Shown here one piece after another: positions 53,191 to 64,000 of a stretch of DNA of 64,000 nucleotides. This stretch comes from Felis catus. Lineage: Eukaryota. The first letter of the stretch is position 1; the number at the start of each line of letters is the position of its first letter. The notes under the pieces were generated by a model, which ran no database searches, had not been told where the DNA came from, and saw only the letters and a list, made by a program, of their open reading frames with translations. A program made the position numbers and the translations under genes. The DNA is taken from contig NC_058368.1 in NCBI RefSeq assembly GCF_018350175.1, positions 193,566,001 to 193,630,000 on the forward strand. Direction: 5' to 3'.

Positions 53191-54619
53191 GTCTGACCAA
53201 GTAGCTGGACGATATCAGTGTTTTGATTGGAGAATTCGATCAATTTATGTTTAAATTAATTGCTTACAAAGAGGAAATTAATTCTGTTATATTTTCCATG
53301 TCTTAGCCTTAGATCAGAATTTATGACTTTTAAATGAGCCTTCCTTGGAGTGCCTTGATTTCCACCATTCATTCCTACCACTTAAGTAGTTACCACGTAT
53401 CAGGCATTGGTACTATATGTTCAGGTGCTGAGCATAACGAGATGGTTGTTTGTCAGTATTCTCTCACTATTTCCCTTTCTCTCTATTTCCAGTGAAATGG
53501 TTAGACCAAAAATACTGCACTGTTAAGCAAAATGAAAGATGGTGGGACCATGTCAGAAGCTCACTTCTCACCAATCTGTTTCTAAAACCTTGAAACTTAG
53601 GTAATATTCATTCCGTGGATATTACTAGCCAGTTTTAGGTATGGGCCAATAACTGCAAAATAAATATGATTTTAGAGGGATTCAGATTCCATGTGTAACA
53701 GTAAGGAATTTGGTAGTAGATGACTTGCTATTTGATTCATCATAGGTCTTCTCTGAGATGAGATAAAGCAGTCTGATGGAAGGAAGGGAAAATTTGAAAA
53801 CACACACTATTTTCTAGCCCTTTGTTTCCTCAATCTCTCATTACTATCTCCTACCCCTCTGGTCCTCTAAAGATTCAGGCTGTACTAAACCCATGGAAAC
53901 ACTGATGATGCTGAGTCATACACTCTCTCTCCATCAGGATTCTGTTCTCTCTACTCTCTGAGTGTTATTTGCAGAAATATTCGGAGTTGTCTTTATTCAC
54001 CTTCATTTTATGATGCCAGCAAAGCCAGAGGGTTCCTTCAGCCCATTCCAGGCTTTCCATAGTATAATTCAGAAAAAATACATTTCAAGCTACCCCCTTC
54101 CCCACGTATGTACATGTAGTCAAATATAGGACATGCATTGGATATTTCCATTACAACCAAAGGATTCATTGTAGCTGCAATGTGCCCTGGGACACCCAAA
54201 CACCTGCTCTTTATATTTAACCAAAAGGACATAGTCTTAATCCCCTGGTGGCTACTTTTCAAAAAATGTCCTGGCCTTGTATCAAGAGACCTCAGGTCTA
54301 GTCAAAAGTCAGCCCTTAGACCATGCATGTTATAATATCTTGACAACCTTACAACTTATGGGAAGAATAAATGAAATTTGAGGAAGTGCTTGTGTCAGAG
54401 ATGACAGGATTCTAGCAGTCTAAGTGTGGTCAGTCAACAGTCAATAACAATATGGAATCATGACCTTTGAGGACAGTTGCTGGAACCCTCAGCTGGCGTC
54501 CTGTTTCCATCACTCCCTTGTCCACAATGCCACCAAAGTGTTCTTCCTCAATACATCTCCAATGCCGTTCATTCCACCCTGAAGACTCATCCACATATTC
54601 TTTCAAATGCTATTGTATA

Positions 54620-54750
54620 ATTTCTCAAATTTTAGGGTGCATTACAGTCACTTAGAGAGTTTATTAAAGTGTGAATTCCTAGAATTCAGTAGGACTGGAA
54701 TGGAACTGGAACTTTCACTCTTAACAAGTATTCCAGGTGAGGCAGGTGAC
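54620..54750. mobile_element. MER5-like hAT MITE remnant
   Basis: TTCTCAAATTTTAGGGTGCATT...TTAACAAGTATTCCAGGTGA. Confidence 0.6.
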
Positions 54751-57705
54751 TTAACAGTCACTCAGAACAAAGCTGGACCACAGGATGAAGTCCAGATTCC
54801 TTATCTGGGCATTCAAAGCTTTTAAAAATCCGGTCCCTATCACCTTTTCTTATGTTATTTATCTCATATTCCAATTAATTTTGCAACTAACAAAGAATTA
54901 CAGAATTCTTGTCTGTAATTGTGCCAATATCCATAAGTATTCTTCCAGCCTGGCCTCAGTCCCTACCCATCCATGATGTGCTCCCAGTCCTTACTAGCCT
55001 ATGGCAATGTCTCCCTCTGCTGAGCTTTCATTGTATGAGAGCTACTGAATCAAATCTTGGGAAAAGCGAAGGGAATGGCAACGAGACAAGTTTTCCTAGA
55101 AGTACATTCATTTTAGTTGGGACTACGAAGAAGGGGAAAAAGTTTTCACCAGGAGAGTTCAAGCATAAATGAGAAATGGCATTGTAGGTGGAAAATCCGG
55201 CACAAGCAAAGGTGGGTTCGGTGCAAATTTTTAAAAATAAGTGGTCTGAGACTAAATCATGCTTAATAAATGTGGGAGCTGAAGGTTAGGCCAAGGTCAA
55301 GTCACAGAGAGGAAGTAAGAGCCCTTCGAAACGTTTGTTCCTGGCAAAGAGAATGGTTGACCATTTGAGGGCTATTGTAATGCTGGCTTGAAGTACTCCT
55401 CTCCTGCAAACTCAGGAAAGGCAACAGAAGCTGTCCTGGACACTGCTTAGGTTTGAATGGAATTTGTCTATTTCTGAACCGTGTGACCTTGAACCAGTTA
55501 TTTCATTTCTTTAAACCTATTTTCTGATCTGGATTATGGCAAAAATAGTAGATTTCATTTTATAGCATAGATAGATATCAAGAAAATCAGCTCTGAGTAA
55601 TTATGTGTTAATAAATACTTAATACTCGTACAGCTTATGGGAAATGGGTATCATCCCTCTTCATAAAAATGAAAATAGTCTTAGAAGGTAATAACTTATG
55701 TATGGTAACACAGCTGATAAGAACAGAATTGGGCAGTATCTTGCCCTACATAAAAGCCAGATAGAACTTAGGGGACCATTTGTTTCAAGTCCTTCATTTT
55801 GTAGTAAAGAAAACTGAGGATCAGGGTTGTGAATCAATGCAGCCAATGTCACACAGCCTGCAGGTATAATAAGTACGTCCCATTGCTGGGTAATAATGGA
55901 GATACAAAGGTGAACAAGATGTTCCCTGTCCGTAATGAGCTCTCAGACCAGCAGGGAAGATAGCAAGTGTGGCAAGGGGGCCTGAACAGGAAGAAGTCTT
56001 AGGGGCTGTTTGGCCAGGAAAAGGGAGTTGTATCTGTGCCTTAAAATTTGGGCCCCCCGACCAGTAAGCAGATGCAGGAGGGCTACAGGTCAAGTCTGCT
56101 GCATACTGGTTAGAATGCCTTCTCAGCAACATATAGTCCGGTTTTTGAAAGAAGGCAACTTTGGAGCAGCCATGGCGTCCTAAAACTACGGTCTATAATT
56201 ACATTTGCTTAAAAAAAAAAAAATAAGTAAAAACTGGAGCAGCAGGGAACAGATCCTGTAGTTAGTCCCAAATCCTACCCCCCACCACCCCACCCCCACA
56301 ATTCCCCTGGGGCACATGCAGTGACAGCTGTCACTCCCCAAGCAGCTTAAAATCCCAAAGTGGCCTTGAAGCAGAGAGTGGAGCCAGGAAAGCTGCCTCC
56401 ACCCCCGCAGAGGTGGCCTCACACAGTGTGCTGGCAGCGGCCTTTGAAGCACAGCCTGGAACCCAGAGGCACCACAGGCCTTAGCAGCTCCGCTCCTTCC
56501 CCTGACAGGCAACCGCTGCGCATCAATGTGGGCTCTTTTCTCCGCTGACAAACTCTAAGACAGATCTGAAGGCTGGAATCCCCCTCCAGAGCCTTGTGGG
56601 GCCACCCGCATTGCTAATCACTCCCAGGGCCTCATGGGAGAGCAGCTTAGGCCAGGAGGACTGGTCATTAAAAAGAGAGCTTGCTGAGAATAGGCTTTTG
56701 GAGATGAACACCTTTGGCCTGTTCCAGGAGCTGGCAATCGGGTTGTACATTTCAAGAGACCCTTAATTTGAAAGAGACTGGCATAGGCTAAATGTGTAAG
56801 TCAAGGAGGAAGGGCTAAGTAACTTGATGAAAAATGAGCATTTTTAATGATGAGAGAGAAATCCACCCCCAGCCCCCATGGTCTGCTACCTTCCCTGAAA
56901 TTCTACCACTAAGAGCATAGATAGGCCTTGTTCCTTTGGGTCCCAAAGGTTTTCTGGAAAGGATAGCTCTGGAGTCAAGCTTCAATTATCACCTAATAGC
57001 ATAAAGAAGAATTTCACTTAGGCTCCCTTCCAAAATCTGACCCATAGGTAAGAAGGAACAGGCCACACTCAACACCACTAGGGTTTGGGGTCACATTAAG
57101 GACACTGAAGGTGGCAGGTGCCTTTATTATGTTTTGCCACAACCATGCTTGCATCCTTGTTACTGAAACTGCTGTCAACTTCCTTCATTGAATAGGAATC
57201 AGGAAGCATTTAGTCAGATCCAGCCTCTACTCATCTATTCTGCTGGCTATACTCTGTCATCTCAGCAAGGTGGTTTATTACCATTTGTTCATAACTACAG
57301 AGATAGGCCACCCAAATTGTTCTTTTCAGAGCATGTTCTGACTCTTAGTCCTATACATCCTTTGAAGCCCTGCAACGATGCCATCTTTCCCCAGGAACCT
57401 TCCCTTCCCTTCAGCAGCCACAGAGAAGCTCTTTCTCCTTCAAAATACAAAATACAAATATATATATCACATATACATATATCATATATATATGATATAT
57501 AGGTATCACTCCAATAAATCTAATAGAAGTTGAATTTGTTTTCAATAGAGAGGTATTCTCCTTAGCTGGATGCATATTGCACTTTCTCCCACTCTTAGGA
57601 GTTGGTATGAAAGAAAAATCATGAACTCAAACCTTTACTAATTCATTGGCCCCTAATCAAATCAGTGTCCATGCACACATCCCCATCTGCTCCATCAATC
57701 CATAC

Positions 57706-57925
57706 CAAGGGTTGGCAAATTTTTCATGTAAAGAGCCAGACAGTAAATATTTTAGGCTTTGTGGGGCATATGATCTCTGTCAAAACTATTCAACTCTACT
57801 GTTGTAGCATGAAAGCAGCCATAGACAATATATGCATGAATGGACGTGGCTGTCTGTCAATAAAACTTGAAGAAAACAGGCAGTGGGCCAGATTTGGTTC
57901 CTGGGTTGAAGTTTGTTGACTACAT
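57706..57925 (+). mobile_element. MER58A-like hAT MITE
   Basis: GGGTTGGCAAA...AGTAAATATTTTAGGCTTTGTGGG...GGGCCAGATTTGG. Confidence 0.88.
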
Positions 57926-58408
57926 TGCAGACCATCATGTCATTTTCATTTGACAATTTTCTGTTGATTGTCAGAGTTTAGTCTTGTAACCCAGTGCATG
58001 TACAAGGTCATTTTGCAAACCTTAAGACAACATGATATCTACGAAAACGATGGGGGGTAATTGCCTGAGTTACACTTTAGCCATGGACAAATGAGAATTT
58101 GACAGAATTAAACCAGTGAGAGAGAGAAAAAAAGTCATTAAGTATCATAGCTGCATAGGAGCTTCAAGCGGGAACTTGAATATCGAAAGATATAGAAAAG
58201 TCCTTGAGAAAACTGATGAACTATCAAATATTTTAACAAAAATTATTCATTTTTTATTAAGATTTAAGAATCCAGCATTAAAAAAGGGTGGTATATTTTG
58301 CTATCACAAAACTAAAGAAAAATTATGCCCATAGATAAGGTGGTTCATATTTTATGCATTGTATGATTAGATTATTGTTGTAATTTTGAATTAAATGCTG
58401 ATAAATGA

Positions 58409-58638
58409 GGGGCGCCTGGGTGGCGCAGTCGGTTAAGCGTACGACTTCAGCCAGGTCACGATCTCGCGGTCCGTGAGTTCGAGCCCCGCGTCAGGCTCAG
58501 GGCTGATGGCTCGGAGCCTGGAGCCTGTTTCCGATTCTGTGTCTCCATCTTTCTCTGCCCCTCCCCCGTTCATGCTCTGTCTCTCTCTGTTCCAAAAATA
58601 AATAAAAACGTTGAAAAAAAAAATTAAAAAAAAATAAA
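58409..58638 (+). mobile_element. Young felid SINE
   Basis: CpG-intact; perfect TSD TAAATGCTGATAAATGA at 58392-58408 and 58639-58655. Confidence 0.96.
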
Positions 58639-58987
58639 TAAATGCTGATAAATGAAAATACATACCTGTTTTTTATATTTTAATTTTATCTTTTTCAAGA
58701 TCAGTTCTTGGCCAAAATTTTTCCCTTATATATTTACAATAAGAATTTGGTCCCAGTTTTAAGAATGTTTACTTTAAATATGAATTATCCTTACATAATA
58801 AATACTTCTTTTATATTAAATCCTCATCTTCTTGAAGGAGTCCTTGAAGTTCTGGAGGGTAATAACCATGTCTAATTCCTTCTTCTTTCCCACAGCTTCT
58901 AGAATATTTTACAGCCTGTAGACACCAAATGAAATGTACTTCTTTTGTGACTCATTTCACCAAATTTCTCTTAAAAAAAAAAACATG

Positions 58988-60127
58988 TATGCAGTCCTGA
59001 TGTTAGATCATAGTGCAGGACTATAAAAATGACTGTGTGCACTGTAGCCATGGAAAGCAATCTTAATTATTAATGTAATAATTGTGATTGTTCTAGGACC
59101 TTTAAAATTTTTATCAAAACATTAAAGCTCTTCCTATTGGTTATTTATATATAAGGAAATAAAAAATAGTAAATCCAGTATTTGTTCAATGGAATTGAGA
59201 TATCAGAAACAGTATGAAAGTATTTTATTTCTTTGTAAAATAATCTAGAGCAGATTGTACACCTGAAACTAATATTACACTATATGTTAAGTAACAGGAA
59301 TTTAAATAAAAGCTTCAAAAAACGTATCTAGAGTGGTTTGAGCAGCGTCCTTGCCTTCTTTGTGTGATAGAATCTACCATCAAGAGTGGACATGTTCTCT
59401 CTACCTTGGAGAACTGCCATCCCCTTTTCTAATTCTGGATTAGCTTTTAACATTTCCTCCTTTTCTCTTTCAGTGTAATGAATTATCTCCAAGAGTTCCT
59501 TGTGTATGAAGTGTTTTGTTGGCATCACTTTTTATGGGATATCTTCATGCTTTTTTTTGTCAGGAATATTTTCCCAGTTAATGTTGATAAATTTGCATCT
59601 ATTGAGTCTGTTGAGTGGCAGGAATATCAATATTCCTGTGGTCAGGTCAGTGATTTCTTCTATTAACTCCAGTACATCTGATTCAAATTTCATTGCCATT
59701 ATCACACGTTTTTTCATTGTTATACTTTCATCATTGTGGGCCAATTCCCTTTTTTGATTACCCGTTTCTATAAAATGTCACATGGGCTTATCATTTGAAG
59801 ATAGGAAGGCAACATAGCCGCATACTTTACTGTCTGTGTATGAACTGAATACCAGATACACAGTGACCAATTACTGACAGACTTTGAAGGAAGGACCGAT
59901 GTGACTGCTCACTCATTATGACATGCACCTGTTATTTATGTAGTGCTTGTACCTGTTATTATGTAGTGATCTGAGTGAAGAATTAGCAAAGTGTGCGCTC
60001 TATTCAATGATTCACAATTAATACACTGTGGTAACTGAACCATGATCCATGTTGGGGGACTGGTGTGATCTAATCATGGCAAGAAAAATTCGTGCAGATT
60101 CAAACTATGCAAAGTGAGGACTGCCTG
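58988..60127. mobile_element. Tigger (TcMar) DNA transposon, Tigger12/13-like, with a ~70 bp L1 tail at ~59254-59322
   Basis: termini (TAT)GCAGTCCT / AGGACTGCCTG-TA; ATCTAGAG duplicated around the L1 tail. Confidence 0.75.
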
Positions 60128-61599
60128 TATATAACAACAACAACAACAAAAATTGTTTCCAACCACATAAATGTATTATTAATTCAAAACCTCGATAACA
60201 ACTTTTAAACTTCATTATTTTCTATAGTTATGCTCCCAACAACTTCATGATACCATTACATTTCTGTGTATTTTTCATCTAGTGAGATAAAATTTGCTTC
60301 TTGAGCAGTGATTCATCCTATGCCTCACAATGGGGAACACAACTGTCCTTGTGAATGAGCAGATGGCCCTGCCTCACCTTCTGGTGATCCAGAACACAAG
60401 GAACTTGTCTACACATCCCTCCTGGGCCCACATCCCAGGCTGAAATATCTGATTAAGTGGTACAGGGGAAGAACATGGTATCTGTGCTGGGACATGGTGG
60501 AGACTAAAGCTGGGCTTGGAAGTAGAAGGTCAAGCAAGCTTTATGGTAGCTCGCACATCGCGGTTTGAAACATGATCAAGATGGCCCTTTGATATTTTGT
60601 ACCATTTGACTATGGAATGACATTTTCAAGGATTTTTATGTCTCTAGAAATTGACAGATAATGCCTACACATCTCCTGACCCTGAAGACTTTCCCAATGT
60701 AACACCAGTGCTCTGCAGCTCACGCATATATAACTCATTTAATTTTTTTATAACAGGCCAGAAAGGGAACGTACATCTATGTTTCATATGATTTTCCTCT
60801 TGGACAAGGGAAGTGAGGTCTAGGTGATATGCATCATTACCAAAGTCCCACTGATCTCTCTGTGGGAGCATGTCTGACATAGTTGCAGATGCTCTAAAAA
60901 GTAAGCTAAAAGGTAAGATTTCTTCTGGGGTGGAGATGACGCTGTTCATAAGCTTATGGAAGATATTCAGTGAGGAAACTACATGGCAAAGTGGGAGCTA
61001 CCTGGGAGAAAGTGAAACTTGGTATCAAGCAGTTCCCAAATCATTTATGTTGTCCTTGTTTCCAAAGCTTCAATAAGTTCTAAAAGGTCATTGTATTTTA
61101 CCCTTGGATTATTACCTTGTAAAAGCTAAATTCCAGCAAATTACATAGCAGTGTGATAGAATTAGCCATGTACTAAAAATGGCTCTTTGGTATAAACACA
61201 TGGTTCTGCAGAGAAAGCCAGAGTTCAGCACATCTTTCCTTTTATGGACTTGTCTCACCTCAGTCTTTCCTCCAGAAACCCAGAAGGAACAGACTATAAT
61301 GCCTTGGTTATGTCCTTATCACTCTTAGGAACACATCTGTGTCTTGTCTGCCATTTGTTTCCAAGACAATCTTACACAATACGAGGTTGAGTGGCAACAA
61401 AACATTTATATTTTTCTTTGGAGCAGGGAAATCTAGGAAATGGCTGCTTGTGTTTGGTGTCAGAGGAACCCCATTTCCATCCACACTTTTTTCTTAGGTT
61501 TCCTGACAATGAGAATAATCCTTACAAATCAAATGATAGAATGACCATTGTTAGTGAAAAATGGAAACTCAGTATATGAGAAGGATTGGAAAGAATTAC

Positions 61600-61880
61600 T
61601 CTCAAAAAGTCAATTTTCCTGGCTTGGAAGAAAACATACTGAGAGAATTGTTAAATAAGATTGCTGAACCACTGACTAGTTTTTGAAGAACTTTGTTAAA
61701 ATAGAAACTGCCATAGATAATTAGAGACAGACCAGGAGATTTAAGCAATGCCTGACCAATGAGTATAATGTCAATTTTGGTAGAAAATGGAGAATAAAGT
61801 ATGTGAAGGTATGTTTTGTAACCCCTTTAAAGAAGTTGTAATTAGTGAGAACCAACATGGTTTAGTTCAGAATTCTTGGT
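61600..61880 (+). mobile_element. CR1/L3 LINE reverse-transcriptase remnant
   Basis: LRELLNKIAEPL from 61639 and ENQHG in ORF 61787-61981 match CR1 RT motifs. Confidence 0.7.
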
Positions 61881-62113
61881 TTATCCTAAAACATAAATGG
61901 AAAGCCATGATTTTTTCTGGATATTCATTTGGATACATTGTTAATGACTCAAGTTTCTGCTTTTATGGTGCCTACATCTAGTGGGGTGAGACAGACCAAT
62001 AAAGTAAAATACTTTCTGTTAATGGTAAATATTGGAAGCAAAATATATTACGCTTAGGTCATAGTATATATAAATTAGCCCCTTTACCCCTTTTTGATAT
62101 TATTAGTCCAGAG

Positions 62114-62330
62114 CATGTGGTTCTCAAATGGAGACAATTTTATATCCCCTTCCCACCACCGTGAGACATTTGGCATTATCTGTAGACATTTTTTTGCTTG
62201 TCACAGATGTATAGAGGAGCTTCTTGTATTTAGTGGGCAGAGGTCAGGAATGCTGCCAAACAACCTACAAAACATAAGACAGCTTCCCACAATAAGAATT
62301 ATCTGGCAAGACTAAGACTGAGAAACTCTG
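62114..62330 (+). mobile_element. MER20-like hAT MITE
   Basis: GTGGTTCTCAA...GACATTTGGCA...TAGTGGGCAGAGGTCAGG...TGAGAAACTCTG. Confidence 0.88.
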
Positions 62331-62338
62331 GTCTAGAG

Positions 62339-62568
62339 CATGCATTCTCTACAGGGGCAATATTGCCCCCAAGGGGAAGAAAATTGGTTTTTAGAGAGTG
62401 AAAAATCCTTACTATGTTTATGTATAAAGCGCAAATACACATATAGCACATGAATAATATACTGTATATCTATGGTAATACAATTTCAAGGGGCTAGATG
62501 ATCAGGACAAAAAAAGTCTCAAAGGACTCCTTCGTGGAATACAGTGAAAAAAAGGTTCGGAAACCCTG
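62339..62568 (+). mobile_element. hAT MITE (MER112-like)
   Basis: GGGGCAATATTGCCCCCAAGGGG...AAAAGGTTCGGAAACCCTG. Confidence 0.75.
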
Positions 62569-62576
62569 GTCTAGAG

Positions 62577-62800
62577 CAGGGATCAGCAAACTTCTTCTGC
62601 AGAGTGCTAGATAGTAAGTATTTTTGTGTTTATGGCCATACAGTCTGCGTGGCAGCTGTTCAACACTGCCATTGCAGCACAAAAGCAACTGCAGATAATA
62701 CATTAATAGAGCGGGATGGCTATATTCTGATAAAACTTCATCTAAAAAAAACAAGAGAAGAGCCGCATTTGGCCCACGGGCCATAGTTTGCTGAATTCTG
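62577..62800 (+). mobile_element. MER58A-like hAT MITE
   Basis: CAGGGATCAGCAAAC...TTTGGCCCACGGGCCATAGTTTGCTGA. Confidence 0.88.
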
Positions 62801-62946
62801 GTTTAGAACATCAGGAGAAGACAACAAAAATTCAAGATACATACCCTATTAATATTCAGTTACATTAATGATAATTATCAATGTTTGTGTATATGTGAAC
62901 ATTAAGAAAGATTCTGTTATATGAATGAGGAATTCTGTACATTACC

Positions 62947-63168
62947 TTTTTAAAAATTTTTATTTTAAGGAGAGAGTGAGAGCATGAGCAGGGGAGAGGG
63001 ACAGAGGGAGGTAGAGAGAGAAAGAGGGTGGGGGGGGGAGAGAATACCAAGCAGGCTCCATGCCCAGTGCAAGCCCAATGCAGGGATCAGTCTCACGACC
63101 CTGGGATCATGACCTGAGTCTAAATCAAGAGTTAGACACTCAACCGAATGAGCCACCCAGGCACCCCA
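62947..63168 (-). mobile_element. CanSINE
   Basis: T-rich tail, GA tract, ends CCAGGCACCCC. Confidence 0.92.
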
Positions 63169-63639
63169 GGTGATTTTCCCTTTAGATTCAATTAAATAAT
63201 TGTCCTCCAAAATTTGATGAGTGGATAGATATGAAACTTGAGAGAAATCCCTGATGATATGTCATAAAATAGTATGGCTGGCCTTTCAGTTAAAAACAAA
63301 ATGAATTGAGGCCTTCTTATCACAGCGTGAAAGCCTAGGTGTGAGGAGGGGGGAAAACTTGATTAAATGGCAGATTAGGGATCACAATGGACAGAAATGG
63401 GTGAGGGGCTGAGTTAGAGAAATATAATGAGGTTTGAGTATCAGACTTCAGTCTCAAAGAGCACCTATCTGCCTTCTAAGATATCATGTGGTATAGTAAG
63501 AACAGTTGGCTTTAGGTTATAATATTTATAATCTTCTCCATTTACTACCCAAATACTAAACCAATGTCCTATATTCTGGATATATTTTATCTGTTGAACT
63601 TTGCCTCTGGTACCAGACCACAGGGAATTGGTACTATTT

Positions 63640-64000
63640 GGTAAACTGTACATATTAGGTGAATGTAAAAGTCTCGACTCAACAGTTGCTTAAGTAAGGT
63701 AGTGTATTTCCCTATCATGTAATTCTCTAAAGATAGGCGGTCAAGGGCATAACAGACAAGCTTGGCTCTCTCAGATCATCCAGGTATCCCAACTTCTTAT
63801 CTATGAGCCTTATTTCACCTTTTCTGTAAAATATTAATACCATGGTTGTACTGTATATCTGTTCATGTTCTTAATTTGTTGTCCTGCCCTCTGTGATATG
63901 GCCTCTCATCTGTGCAATCCAATATGGCTTGTTGCCAGGAAGCAGAGTGAAAAATGGGAGGAAGAAGAGCTCCCTTTAAGGTCATGACTCAGAAGTGGTA
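63640..64000. mobile_element. ERVL-type LTR fragment (LTR33-like), runs off window
   Basis: TAGGCGGTCAAGGGC, CCAATATGGCT, CCCTTTAAGG...AGAAGT. Confidence 0.5.

Larger units (their letters stand above)
47360..53298 (-). mobile_element. Decayed L1 (L1MB-like), 3'UTR plus most of ORF2, with several nested insertions
   Basis: ORFs 47581-47835 (FIALLFTIAKTWKQ), 48171-48395 (KAQATKQKIDKLD), 49824-50012 ([10 protein letters not shown]) are L1 ORF2 remnants. Confidence 0.93.

Noticed and set aside
56400..56420. CTCF site (CCGCAGAGGTGGC)
   Set aside because: Only the 3' half fits the consensus
59328..59744. ORFs in the Tigger element as a domesticated transposase
   Set aside because: Short broken frames in a ~1.1 kb internally deleted element with no catalytic domain visible
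60860..60920. Exon ending at AAG|GTAAGA
   Set aside because: No clear upstream acceptor or recognisable peptide; such donors are expected by chance
62106..62808. CRISPR-like repeat-spacer array (8-mer about every 230 bp)
   Set aside because: Repeats are 8-bp TSDs and the spacers are recognisable hAT MITEs in mammalian DNA
792..63653. Supplied six-frame ORFs as protein-coding genes
   Set aside because: All are short (at most 181 aa), many begin at non-ATG codons, and they overlap repeats or resemble no protein I recognise; the longest (21080-21625) reads through SINEs

Overview
Mammalian nuclear DNA, almost certainly a felid: it carries about 22 tRNA-derived CanSINEs (several young, CpG-intact SINEC_Fc-type copies) and felid/carnivore-type L1 3' ends. 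No protein-coding exon, RNA gene, CpG island or prokaryotic-type system can be supported. The supplied ORFs are chance ORFs or decayed L1/Tigger/CR1 frames. The window reads as a large intron or intergenic stretch dominated by repeats: L1, L2, MIR, CR1, MaLR/ERVL/ERV1 LTRs, hAT and Tigger DNA transposons, and microsatellites. The best non-routine signals are insertion architectures visible from target-site duplications (TSDs): three different hAT MITEs stacked at one GTCTAGAG site, a candidate L1 3' transduction, a polyadenylated foreign segment retroposed into an L1, an L1 made of only 5'UTR plus 3' end, and a nested LTR pair beside an RFX/CRE motif. I found no convincing novel biological system. 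Repeat family names come from recalled consensus features, not a database search, and boundaries without TSDs are approximate.
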